Of a stretch of 64,000 bases of DNA, positions 1 through 9,642 are shown one piece after another (position 1 is the first letter of the stretch; each line of letters begins with the position of its first letter). The stretch is from an uncultured Thermoleophilaceae bacterium. GTDB lineage: Bacteria > Actinomycetota > Thermoleophilia > Solirubrobacterales > Thermoleophilaceae. The stretch is taken from the NCBI GenBank assembly GCA_963846865.1, contig CAWJXU010000002.1, positions 33,527 through 97,526 of the forward strand, in the 5' to 3' direction. Position numbers and translations under genes: made by a program. Below the pieces are notes generated by a model that saw only the letters and a program-made list of their open reading frames with translations, made no database searches and was not told the origin of the DNA.

Positions 1-1
1 C

Positions 2-517
2 CAGCTGCTGAACAGGATGGACAAGAACGCCATGCAACATTCGGTCGAGACGCGCGTGCCTTTCCTCGACCCCGAAGTGGTGTCGCTTGCCGTGAACCTG
101 CCGCTGGAGGAGCGAATCGGTCCCCAGGTCAAGGGAATCCTCCGCGACGCAGCTCTAGCGCGACTGCCGAAAGCGATCGCACGACGTCCCAAGCAGGGCG
201 GTCCGGTGCTCGACGGCCCCCGCTTCCTAGATTCCGCGACGCGGGCGGATTTCCTCGAACACGGGCTAATGCGCGAGATCCTCGGCGTGCCGGCGCCGGC
301 GTGGGAAGGCACGGTTGCGGCGCTGACGCGAAAGCGCAAAGTGGTCTGGTGGACGGCGGAAATCTGGTGTCGGCTCTTCCTCGACGACAGACCCGCCGAC
401 AACGTGGCGGATGAGCTCTGGCTACGACCCCCCGAGCGTCCGTCGGGCCTGCGTCAGCGCCCCTTGAAGAGCGGCCTCGGCACGGCGGATATCCCGGCGG
501 GCCGCATAAAAGCCTGA
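2..517 (+). CDS. Asparagine synthase-like amidotransferase, C-terminal part (5' end outside the window)
   Basis: ORF 17..517 stays open back to base 2. 'ETRVPFLDPEVV...LPKAIARRPKQG' is the conserved C-terminal synthetase-domain pattern of AsnB-type enzymes. Confidence 0.7.
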   Translation, partial: QLLNRMDKNAMQHSVETRVPFLDPEVVSLAVNLPLEERIGPQVKGILRDAALARLPKAIARRPKQGGPVLDGPRFLDSATRADFLEHGLMREILGVPAPAWEGTVAALTRKRKVVWWTAEIWCRLFLDDRPADNVADELWLRPPERPSGLRQRPLKSGLGTADIPAGRIKA

Positions 518-1620
518 GCGCTGGTTGCGCTGGGCGGCCGATCCGAGTGCCGCGTAGGCGGCTTCCGCCTCGCGGAGGCCCGCGATGACCTCCGGGTAGA
601 GATGCTCGGAGGCGGGTGCGGCCGGGGGAGCGAGAAGCCCCGTCGCGGCGGTGCCGTACGAGCCGGCCAGCCGCCGCGATGCGCTCGCCTGGTCACGTGG
701 CGTATCCGCCCTGCTCAGCCTGACCCGGCCTCGCGCGCGCGTCGACCGAAGCTCGGCCATCGTGCGCGTCAAGCTCGAGGCGGACTCCGGACGGAGCCCG
801 GGGAGATGCCCTCCCGGTCCCGGAGCACCAGGCTCGACGCCACGCCCTCGCACTGATCCGCGAAGCACGCGACTCCGATGTCGCCCGGTCGTCGGAACGA
901 CGTAGAGCGTGAAGCGACTGCCGGATCCTCCGGGCCTCAGACCTCGGTACTCGAGGGCCACCGCGTTGCGAGTACGACGAGACGTTCTGACGGCTGGCCA
1001 TCGATCAGACGCTCGACCGAACGTACCTCGCCGGCCACGAGCCCGGGCTGCGCCTGATCGCGGGGGGCCAGCTCGAGCGATGGCGACAGCCCGGGGATCT
1101 GCGCCCCGACGGGGCGCCGCTCCCAGTCCCCGGGCGCGGTGACCCGGATGGGGCCCGAGGAGGCACTGGTCACCTTCACATCCGACTCGCCGCCTGACGA
1201 TCCCGCGAGCAATCCGGCCGCTCCGACAGCCAGCAGAGCCGCCAAGCCCGCCGCGGCCATTCGCGGCGAGATCCTCGAGGCCACCTTCGGCGCTTCGTAC
1301 GGCGGTGGCCACGTGCCGGCGAGCCGGCCGGATCGTTCTCCGGCGCGAGGCTCCCCGCACCGCCGGCTCGGGGTCGATGCGGGATCGACGCCGGGGAGAG
1401 CTCCCACCCGTCGCTCTTGCAGCTCAGACAGACGACGCCGTCGCCCTGAACGATCCAGCCGCTGACCGAGAGCTCCTCCGGGCTGCCCACCAGCAGCTCG
1501 GTGCTGCACACCGAGCACCTTCCGGGCCGGTCGAGGAATGGACGCCGCCGCAGCCGAAACCGACTCCTGGCCCGGTGGGGGGCAAACTCGGGGGCGAGCT
1601 CCACCCCTCGGTCTTGCAGC
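422..1620 (-). pseudogene. Zinc-ribbon / single-TM / extracytoplasmic-domain protein (copy B), interrupted by several frameshifts
   Basis: Reading three minus frames in series gives a zinc ribbon (RPFLDRPGRCSVCSTELL..VCLSCKSDGW), a linker, a TM helix (MAAAGLAALLAVGAAGLLAG) and about 200 aa more (..LYPEVIAGLREAEAAYAALG..). No single frame is open across it. The 3' end runs antisense into the asparagine synthase gene, so the true stop is uncertain. Confidence 0.35.
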
Positions 1621-1749
1621 TCAGGCAGAGCGCGGCGTCGCGCTGAACGATCCAGCCGCTGGCCGAGAGCTCCTCCGGGCTGCCCACCAGTAGCTCGGTG
1701 CTGCACACCGAGCACCTTCCGGGCCGGTCGAGGAATGGACGCTGCCGCA
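1404..1749. repeat. Tandem duplication of an about 150-bp segment (1404-1552 and 1600-1749, offset 196-197 bp) encoding the zinc-ribbon module
   Basis: Direct comparison: gaacgatccagccgct[ga/gg]ccgagagctcctccgggctgcccaccag[c/t]agctcggtgctgcacaccgagcaccttccgggccggtcgaggaatggacgc occurs at 1448 and 1645 with only a few mismatches. Confidence 0.85.
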
Positions 1750-1762
1750 CGAGAGTCCGCAT
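1424..1762 (-). CDS. Small zinc-ribbon protein (copy A)
   Basis: ATG at 1762 lies 11 nt after the upstream stop. MRTLVRQRPFLDRPGRCSVCSTELLVGSPEELSASGWIVQRDAALCLSCKTEGW has a CxxC..CxxC pattern. The frame then reads out of phase through copy B, so the real C-terminus is unclear. Confidence 0.35.
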   Translation of the reverse strand: MRTLVRQRPFLDRPGRCSVCSTELLVGSPEELSASGWIVQRDAALCLSCKTEGWSSPPSLPPTGPGVGFGCGGVHSSTGPEGARCAAPSCWWAARRSSRSAAGSFRATASSV

Positions 1763-1773
1763 CGCTCCCAAGC

Positions 1774-2150
1774 TCACCCGCTGTCGTCGAAGGTGATGGG
1801 TGGTGCGTCGCCCTCGGAGTCTCCCCGCCCTCCGGACGCGGGGGTGTCGGCGTTGGGGGCGGTGGCGGTGGCGGAGTCGGCGCCTCGACGGGCTCTTCAA
1901 TGGGTTCAGGCTCCGGCGGGAGCGAGGTCGAAACGGGAGCGACTGGCCGTCTGTTCTTCGCTACGACGAAGCGGGGAAGGGGAGCCCCCCTTTCGAGGTG
2001 CGGCAGCCCTACGCTGGCGGGCGCGAGCGGCGTGGCCCGCGGGTTGGCGGGCGCGGCTTGATCGTCGCTCACCGCCTGCCCGCCGGCATAGGCGGCCGCG
2101 AATGCCGCGGCGCCGAGCGAAGAGACGATAAGAACCTGCCTTCGGCTCAT
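1774..2150 (-). pseudogene. Pro-rich exported or membrane-anchored hypothetical protein (one frameshift in a poly-Pro / G-run tract)
   Basis: The ATG at 2148-2150 overlaps the TGA of the PKD gene (ATGA). MSRRQVLIVSSLGAAAFAAAYAGG is signal- or anchor-like. The frame must shift near 1850 (PPPPPP tract) to reach ..APNADTPASGGRGDSEGDAPPITFDDSG and the stop at 1774. Confidence 0.45.
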
Positions 2151-3683
2151 CTCTCCGTGCACCGCACTGGCCGCCGGACGCCGGGCAGGAGGCAGCGATC
2201 GACGCGCGCCGGCGCCTTTCGCGCACGCATCCTGAATCGGGTGTACTTGCCGATCTGGCCGGGTCGCGTGACTCTCACCACGATGCGCGTGCCCGGGCGC
2301 ATCGACCGCTCTAGGCGCTGGAAGCGCACCTCCCGCCTCCTCACTCTCCGCGTCATTGCCCTGACCGGGCAGCTTCGTCCGAAGCAGCGCACCGTGACCT
2401 TCGATCCCCGCGCCGCCTTGACGGAGAGTCGGACGATCTGCGTGGCCCGACGGACGCGCCCGGCGATCCGGACCACGGGGAAGGGGACGATGAAGCGCAC
2501 CGTGGGCTTGACCACGACGACGGTCTGGACGGTCACGTCGGAGTCGCCATGCGAATCGGTCGCCCTCAGGCCGACCGTGTGCTCTCCGGGCTTCGAGAAC
2601 GAGCGGACGGCGGTCGCCCCGCGTGCGTCCTGGAAGCTCCCGTCGCCGTCGAGATCCCAGCGCACGGCGCGCAGCGTTCCGTCCGGGTCGCCCGAGAGGG
2701 ACGTGAACTTGACCCTCTCGCGGATCTCGGGCGACCTCGGCGAGTAACCGAAGACCGCGATCGGCGGGCGGTTCTGGACGGTGAGGGACCGGGTCTCGAC
2801 ATCGGCATCCCCCTCTCCGTCCGTAACGCGCAGCGAGATTTCGATGATCGCCGGATCGGCGTAGCTCTCCGAGGTCAGCGGGTCGTTGTCCTCGGTCTCG
2901 AACACCCCGTCGCCGTCCAGGTCCCACTCGTACTTCGTGATCGGGGTGCCCACCAGGTCGGTCGCGGACGCCGAGGCATTCAAGGCGACCGTCTCACCGG
3001 TCAGCGCCGGGTTCGGCGAAGCGGTGAATGCGGCGATCGGGAGCTGGTTGTCCTGGACCGTGAGGGACCGGGTCTCGACATCGGTACTCCCCGTCTTCGT
3101 CCCTCACGCGCAGCGAGATTTCGATGATCGCCGGATCGGCGTAGCTCTTCGAACGTCATCGCGTCGGTCTCCTCGATCTCGAACATCCCCGTCGCCGTCC
3201 AGGTCCCACTCATAGCTGACGATCGTGCCGTCCTGGTCTGTCGAGCCGGTGGCGTCGAAGTTGACGGTCTGTCCGGTCAGCGCCGGGTTCGGCGAGACGG
3301 TGAATGCGGCTGTCGGGGGCCGGTTCTCGACGGTGAGGGAGTGGGTCTCGACGTCCGAGACGATCCCCCTCTTCATCCGTAACGCGCAGCGAGATTTCGA
3401 TGATCGCCGGATCGGCGTAGCTCTCCGAGGTCACGGGGTCGTTGTCCTCGGTCTCGAACACCCCGTCGCCGTCCAGGTCCCACTCGTACTTGGTGATCGG
3501 GGTGCCCACCAGGTCGGTCGCGGACGCCGAGGCGTCGAAGGTGACAGTCTCGTCGGTCACCGCCGGGTTCGGCGAGGTCGTGAAGGATGCCGCGGGAGCG
3601 ACGCCCGGCGTGGCAGTCGCCAGTGTCGGTGCCATCGTGAGCGCCGCCGCGAAGAGGCACGCCGCAATCCCCCTGCTATTCAC
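2147..3683 (-). pseudogene. Secreted multi-PKD-domain protein, at least 5 frameshifts between 2980 and 3400
   Basis: Signal peptide VNSRGIAACLFAAALTMAPTLATA from GTG 3683. The unit FTxSPNP..V.FDAS.S.D..G.I..YEWDLDGDG...ISLRVTD recurs, split over ORFs 3210..3707, 3104..3376, 3001..3213 and 2147..2983. Confidence 0.7.
2831..3426. repeat. About 278-bp tandem repeat units (PKD-domain units) with near-identical 40-mers at 2831, 3110 and 3387
   Basis: cagcgagatttcgatgatcgccggatcggcgtagctct is seen three times at 279- and 277-bp spacing. Confidence 0.85.
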
Positions 3684-4614
3684 CGTTCCCCCAAAGCACG
3701 TGCCCATCCTTGTCGCGGGCGAGCGTACTACGGAATCCGGTATCGAGCGCCTCCAGCGCGGTGTCGAACGCCTGAGTGAACAGCTCGTTTTGATGCTGCA
3801 TGTAGGCGGGTTGCGGGTGGGCGGGCGACATTGGCGTCGGATCCGTGTTGATCTCCCAGATCGCCGGCGAGCCCTCCCGCATGCCGTAGTCGATGCGGCC
3901 GTAGTCGATACGAGCTACCGAGAAGATCTCCCGTATCCAGGACTCGTGGGGGTTTGTTTCTAGATATTCCCGCCCGCGCGCGACGTGTTCCGGGACAGGC
4001 GTTGCCGGATACGGAACCTCCTTGACCATCCACCCGGGCCGAAAGATCAAGTTGCGAGGCACCACTCGGCCGTCGACGAAGAACGCGCTGTACTTGTGGT
4101 AGTTGCGATCGGCGTCGGCCGTGTCGCAGAACTCCACCACCAGCAGATCGTTCATCGGGACGCCCCGTCGATATGCCCATACGACGGCGCGCATGAGCTC
4201 AGGACGCGACCAGATCAGCCTGGTCAGCGTTCCCGTGTGCTTCCGTTCACGCCGCAGGAAGACGGGGAAGCGAGGGCGATGCGCCTCACGGAGCCGATAC
4301 GCCTGGTGTGTGTTGACGCCCATGTCGCGAAGCTTTCGCAGTAACTCGTAGCGGCCGAGGACAGCGCTCGGATCGTTGAGCAGTCGCACCTGCTTGCCCG
4401 CTGACGCCAAGTGCTTCCACAGCTCGATGGCCCAGGCCCGCCGGGCACCGGTAAGGCCCGCGACACCAGTGAAGATGTACGTCGCCGAGGGGAACTCCCG
4501 CCAAGGTCTCAGCTGGTCGTAGTTGAAGACGCGAATGCGCGGCGCAACCGATGTGCCCCAGTCCCTCAGGTATGGGCCGAGCGAGTTGCCCTTTCTATTG
4601 AGATAGACGATCAC
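3676..4614 (-). CDS. ATP-grasp-fold hypothetical protein
   Basis: Intact ORF, with GTG 4614 just after the cupin stop. The C-terminal 'RIDYGMREGSPAIWEINTDP' resembles the ATP-grasp Mg/ATP loop (E-x-N). Its 3' end overlaps the PKD gene start by 8 nt. Confidence 0.5.
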   Translation of the reverse strand: MIVYLNRKGNSLGPYLRDWGTSVAPRIRVFNYDQLRPWREFPSATYIFTGVAGLTGARRAWAIELWKHLASAGKQVRLLNDPSAVLGRYELLRKLRDMGVNTHQAYRLREAHRPRFPVFLRRERKHTGTLTRLIWSRPELMRAVVWAYRRGVPMNDLLVVEFCDTADADRNYHKYSAFFVDGRVVPRNLIFRPGWMVKEVPYPATPVPEHVARGREYLETNPHESWIREIFSVARIDYGRIDYGMREGSPAIWEINTDPTPMSPAHPQPAYMQHQNELFTQAFDTALEALDTGFRSTLARDKDGHVLWGNGE

Positions 4615-4621
4615 CCGAGAC

Positions 4622-5024
4622 CTAGTCGGCCCACCAGTCGCGCTCACCCTCGACGTCTCCGCGCGGATCCTCGCCGAGATTGGGCGCACCGAAGACGATG
4701 AGCTCGAGGCCCTCCGGCCCAGCCTCGTAGCCTCGCCACGTCCCGGGCGAGACGCGCACCACGTCCCACTCCTTGAGCTCGACGATCTCGTCGTCGAGCT
4801 TCATCCGCCCGCTCCCGCGCACGACCACGTACACCTCCTCCTGCTTCTGCGTGCGTGTGGCCGTACGGGAAGCGATAGCCGGGCGGGACGCGCTGATAGC
4901 TCAGGCCGGACTGCTCGAGCTCGAGCGCCTTGGTCGCCAAGCGGAACTCAAGATCCGGCGCGCCGTCGAAATTGGACCCGACGTCCTCCAGGTCCTCTTT
5001 GAGGTTCCTGAGCGTGAACGACAC
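4622..5024 (-). pseudogene. Cupin-domain protein (one frameshift near 4845)
   Basis: VSFTLRNLKEDLEDVGSNFD..YGHTH in one frame joins QKQEEVYVVVRGSGRMKLDDE..FGAP in another. This is the typical cupin G-x5-HxH..E / G..H motif. Confidence 0.65.
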
Positions 5025-5053
5025 GGCGGCAACTCTAAGTGAGGCGACTGCCG

Positions 5054-5923
5054 CTATCTGAGCGTCACTCGGCGTCTCACCGACCTGACCAGCAACCGCA
5101 GCCGGTGGGCCAGCGCCCGCTTCAGCAGCCGCGGATCGCGAGCCACGGCCCGGAGGCGGCGTGAGAGGCGACGGTCCGGCGGCGCATAGCGGGTCGAGTG
5201 GCGCCCGTGAAACTCGAACACGAGATAGACCGCCGGGCCGTCTCCCACGTTTTTCATGCCGTGCGGCTCGCCGGCGGCATAGAAGATGACGCCGTTGGGC
5301 CCAACTTGCTCGCCCAGGGTCTCCACGATGCCCTCCAGCACGACGATCCCCACGTCGTATGCGTCGACATGTGCGCATAGCCGGCGCCCGGCTGCAGAGT
5401 GGTGAGGTGAGAGTGAAGGTGCCGCAGGTATCTCGTTTGGCCATCGAGCACTCGCTTGGCCGAGAAGTCCTTCACGGCGTCGGCTCGTGTCCCCGCCCGC
5501 GTTGCCTGCAACGGCACAAGGGACTGCTCCAGGTCGTCGCCTCGCTCACGCCGATCGGTTCTCCACTTGAACATCAGGTAGGTGACCGGCTCGCCGGTGG
5601 GGTTGTGGATCGTGTGAGGAAAGTCCGCCGGGTAATAGGCAAAGGTGCCGCGCTCTGCACGGTGCTTGACCCTCCGCGCCGGGTCACCGGCGTCACCCCA
5701 GACGAGATCGGCCTCGCCGTCGAGGATTACGAGGACCTCCTCGTCGTCGTGGCGGTGGGGAGGATCGCGGCTGGCGGTCCGGATCCAGAACCGACGCGTG
5801 GCACCGCATCTCCTTGACGTCAGGCGTCGCGCCGCGGAAGAGCGAATGCGCCTTCCAGCCCGCCTCGGGGTCCTGCGCCAGCGGCAGCTCCAGCGGATGG
5901 ATCCGAGTGCTCACCGCGGCCAT
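5054..5923 (-). pseudogene. Bicupin protein (frameshifts near 5790 and 5375), possibly fused to the upstream PhyH-like ORF
   Basis: Cupin 1 is ..DPPHRHDDEEVLVILDGEADLVWGD..FPHTIHNPTGEPVTYLMFKW. Cupin 2 is ..LHSHLTTLQPGAGY|AHVDAYDVGIVVLEG..AGEPHGMKNVGDGPAVYLVFEFHG. No stop separates it from the PhyH frame. Confidence 0.55.
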
Positions 5924-6647
5924 CCTGGGGCCGTGTCTCGGAGTCGGACCCGGGACCAGCCGGTTCAGCGCGCCCACGTCGCTTCCGCTGACGACGATGC
6001 ACGGAGGCCGGGGTGTCCGGTGCCAGTCGAAAGGCCACACGGCCCGCCTCGGAATGCGAATGGCCGTCCGCGGGGTCGCATACTGAAGCAGGACAGCGTA
6101 ACGCTGTCCCCGCCGGCCCCGGTTGCGCGAGCCGTGCCAGAGACGGCCATCGAATAACAACGCCTCGCCGTCAACGGCGCCGACCAGCTCAACTCCGCTT
6201 CGACTGTCCCGTTCCCTGGCCCAGTTCGCCACATCGTCATCGCTCACCCGCCCCGGATCCGCCCCCTTTTCCATCATCACCTCCTGGACCGTCAGCCCGA
6301 AGCGGTGGGAGAGGGGCGCGACGGTGAGCGAAGACCGGGCTGTGGTATTGGCCAGCCCGATCCACACCGTGACGGTCTCCGCTTCGGGGGAGGACGACTC
6401 GATATCGGTGTGCCAGGCGTGGACCTGCCCGATCTCCCGCTTCACGAGATAGGTCCCCCAGAGAAGAACGTCCTCTCCGATCAGGGCGGTGACGAGATCC
6501 AGGATGCGATCGTCGGTGGCGAGGCCAAGTGCTCGAGCGAGGTCGCTGCCAGCCCTTGTGCCAATCCAGCGGGGGGCGCTCCTGGTCCCGTCGAAGTCGG
6601 GCCAGGGTCCCGCATTCCCGCTGGCTGAACAGCGGCACCGGGCCCAC
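5924..6647 (-). pseudogene. Phytanoyl-CoA dioxygenase (PhyH)-type Fe(II)/2OG oxygenase (frameshift near 6545)
   Basis: ..VHAWHTDIE..VWIGLANTT..LTVAPLSHRF..DGRLWHGSRN..RYAVLLQY shows the H-x-D ... H facial-triad pattern. The N-terminus MGPVPLFSQRECGTLARL lies in another frame. Confidence 0.6.
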
Positions 6648-6780
6648 TAGTCGCGCTCTGCGAACGATTGGCGCAGGTCGCCGTCTCTCACGGCATTCGC
6701 GACTTCCACCGCTTCGATCAGAGCCGGCATTCTACGCGCGGCGCCGCCGACGGCCACCGCGACCGGGTATCAATCGCAGC

Positions 6781-7928
6781 CTGAGGGTCCTCTTCGTCAT
6801 CAACAGCCTGGGCGGAGGCGGCGCCGAGCGATCACTGGCCGAGATGCTGCCGCTGCTGGCGCGCCGCGGTATCGAGCCGACAGTCGTATGCCTGGAGCGC
6901 TCAAGCGACGGGGTCGAGGCGGACGTGGTCGCGGCGGGCTTGGACCTGCGCTTCCTTCGGGGCGGTGCCCTGCTGCGCCGGCCGCTCGAGCTGCGACGCA
7001 TCATCAGCGCGGAGCGCCCCGATGTCGTGCACACGGTCATCTTCGAGTCGGACCTGACGGGGCGAATCGCAGCCCTCGGCACGCCGGCGAAGGTGGTCAC
7101 CAGCCTCGTCAACACCTCGTATGACCGGGCGCGCCGGGCCGACCCACGCGTCCCGCGGGCCAAGCTCGCCGCCGTCAGGCGAATCGACTCCTGGACCGCC
7201 CGCCTACTCACCGACCGCTTCCACGCGGTGAGCGAATCGGTGAAGCGCTCCTGCGCCGCCGAGCTGCGCATCCCCGCCGGGCGGATCACGGTAATCGAGC
7301 GGGGAAGGGACGGCACTCGGCTCGGCGCGCCGAGCGCCGAGCGCCGCCGCGCCGCACGGGCCTCGCTCGGCGTCGCCGGGCCGGACGAGGTGGTCGTCAA
7401 CGTCGCCAGACACGAGTTCCAGAAGGGGCTATCCCACCTGGTCGACGCGATCGGGCTGCTGCGCGACCGCCCCCGGTTGGTCCTGCTTCAGGCGGGCCGG
7501 CGCGGGCACACCTCCGCCGAGCTTGCCGACCGGGCACGCCGCCCAGGGACCGGCGATCGCATCCGCTTCCTCGGCTACCGCGACGACATCCCCGAGCTGC
7601 TGGCGGCAGCCGACCTGTTTGTCTTTCCGTCGATCTACGAGGGGCTCGGCGGAGCGCTGATCGAGGCGATGGCGCTGGGGCTGCCGATCGTCGCCTCCGA
7701 CATCGCCGCGATGCGCGAGGTGTTGGAGCCCAACCGGAACGCGGTGCTGGTCGAGCCGGGGGACGCGGCCGGGCTTGCGGCGGCAATCTCCGCTCTGCTC
7801 GACGACCCCGCCCGCAGGTTAGCCTTCGGGGCGCGGAGCCGCGCGATATTCGAGGAGCGGTTCGGCTTGGAGCGCAGCGTGGCCGGCTGGTGGAGCTATA
7901 CGAGGAGCTCTCGTTGCCCGAGCGCTAG
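6781..7928 (+). pseudogene. GT4-family glycosyltransferase (start uncertain; frameshift near 7885)
   Basis: RVLFVINSLGGGGAERS..., ..RFLGYRDDIPELLAAADLFVFPSIYEGLGGALIEAMALGLPIVASD (E-x7-E). The natural C-terminus RLVELYEELSLPER* lies in the +1 frame. Confidence 0.7.
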
Positions 7929-8762
7929 AGCTCCTCGGCGATCGTCGGGCTCTGGCGAACGAAGGCCCACAGGCCCAGGGCGAACGTGCCGGCGATCACC
8001 GCCAGGGTGATCAACAGGAAGGCGGGACCGCCCGCCACGTCGGCCGCGGTCGGGGCGTTGGGGTCGATCAGCGCGTGGCGCATCTCGGTGAAGATCATCG
8101 CCAGCGGGTTGACACCATCCACCGCTGCACCTCCTCGGGGAAGCGGGTGATCACATACAGCACCGACGAGCCGAAGAACAGGAGCTGCAGGACCACCGCC
8201 CAGATCGCGCCCACGTCCCTGTAGCGCACGTAGATCACTGACAACAGCATCGCCAGCCCGGCGGCAAGCAGCGCTAGCAGCGCCACGAGCAGCGGCATCT
8301 CGAGCCAGCTGAGCCGTGCCGCGACCCCCATCGCCGCGACCAGCACCAGCACGGGGATCGAGTTGACGGCGAGGTTCAGCAGCGCCTTCAGCGTCGCCGA
8401 CAGCGGCAGCACCAGGCGCGGGAAGCGCAGCTTTCGCAGCAGCGACTCGGACCCCGAAAGCGAGGTGAGGCCGCCGTTGGTGGCCTCGGTGAAGAAGGTC
8501 CAGAGCATGATCGTGGTGAGCAGGTACACCGCGGTAGTCGGGCACGCCGCTGCCGAACTTGCCCACGCGGTTGAAGACGAGCGAAGGTGATCGCGAAGAG
8601 CAGCAGCGGGCGCAGCACCGAGACCAGGTAGCCGAACACCGAGCCCTCGTTGTGGCGCTTGAAGTTCATCGCCGCGATGGCGACGGTGAGGGTGGCGAAG
8701 TGGCGCGGGTCGCCGCCGAATGCCGACGGCGCGTAGCGGCGGGCCTTCGCCTGGCGCGGCAC
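7925..8762 (-). pseudogene. ABC-2 type polysaccharide/teichoic-acid exporter permease (at least 3 frameshifts)
   Basis: The pieces ..AMNFKRHNEGSVFGYLVSVLRPLLLF.., ..AVYLLTTIMLWTFFTEATNGGLTSLSGSESLLRKLRFPRLVLPLS..VIYVRYRDVG.. and ..VNPLAMIFTEMRHALID.. lie in three frames. Confidence 0.6.
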
Positions 8763-9639
8763 CGGAGGAGCGGTTCGGGGCCGGGCGCGGCCGACTCGCC
8801 CCAGGCGGCGGACCCGCTCGCGGTTGGCGGCCACGTACTGGCGCGCGATCGAGTCCGGCTCGCCGACGTCGACGACCTCGCCCCGCTCGAGCAGCAGGGC
8901 GCGGTCGCAGAACCGCTCGATCGCGTCCATGTCGTGGCTGACGAAAAGGATCGTGCGGCCCTCCCGCCTGCATCCGCTCGAACTCCACGAAGCATTTGTC
9001 CTGGAACGCGGTGTCGCCGACCGCGAGCACCTCGTCGATCAGCAGGATCTCGGCGTCAACCTGAAGCGCCACCGAGAAGGCCAGGCGCACCCGCATCCCC
9101 GACGAGTAGTTCTTCAACTTCAGCTCGGGGAACTGCTCCAGCTCCGCGTAGGCCAGCACCTCGTCGATCCGCGCGCGCGCCTCCGCGGGGGCCACGCCGA
9201 GCATCACCATGCTGAGCAGCGCGTTCTCGCGGCTGGTCATGTCGCCGTTGAAGCCAATCCCGAACTCGACGCAGGGCGACAACCGGCCGTCGACGTCGAT
9301 CGAGCCGGCATCGATGTCGTAGATCCCGGCGATGCAGCGCAGCAGCGTGCTCTTGCCGCTGCCGTTGCGCCCGACGATCCCGAAGAACTCCCCGGCACCT
9401 ACCTCGAAGCCGACGTCGTCGAGGGCGTGCAGCACCTCGGTCGGCCTGGAGCGAAACCGCTGGGCGGCGCGCTCCTTCAGCCTCGTCCGCTTCTGGTGCG
9501 GCAGGTGGAAGGTCTTGCTCACGCCCTGAAGCGTGATCGCCGCCGACGCGGGGACGAGCAGCCCTGAGCGTTCCTGTACGCCCGGTCCGGTCGTTGTGGT
9601 CGGGCCCCGGGGAACGATGAGGCGCGAGGATATCGTCAC
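8763..9639 (-). pseudogene. ABC transporter ATP-binding protein (TagH/Wzt-like); frameshift near 8960; both ends uncertain
   Basis: Walker A GRNGSGKST, signature YSSGMRVRLAF and Walker B ILLIDEVLAVGD. The H-loop part ..FVSHDMDAIERFCDRALLLERGEVV is in another frame. No stop separates it from the permease frame. Confidence 0.7.
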
Positions 9640-9642
9640 CCG

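Noticed and set aside
1176-2927. A 583-codon minus-strand ORF spanning the PKD gene, the Pro-rich gene and the zinc-ribbon copies.
   Set aside because: Only short stretches are in the true frame (the MSRRQVL.. start at 2150 and zinc-ribbon copy B). The rest is out-of-frame Arg-rich translation.
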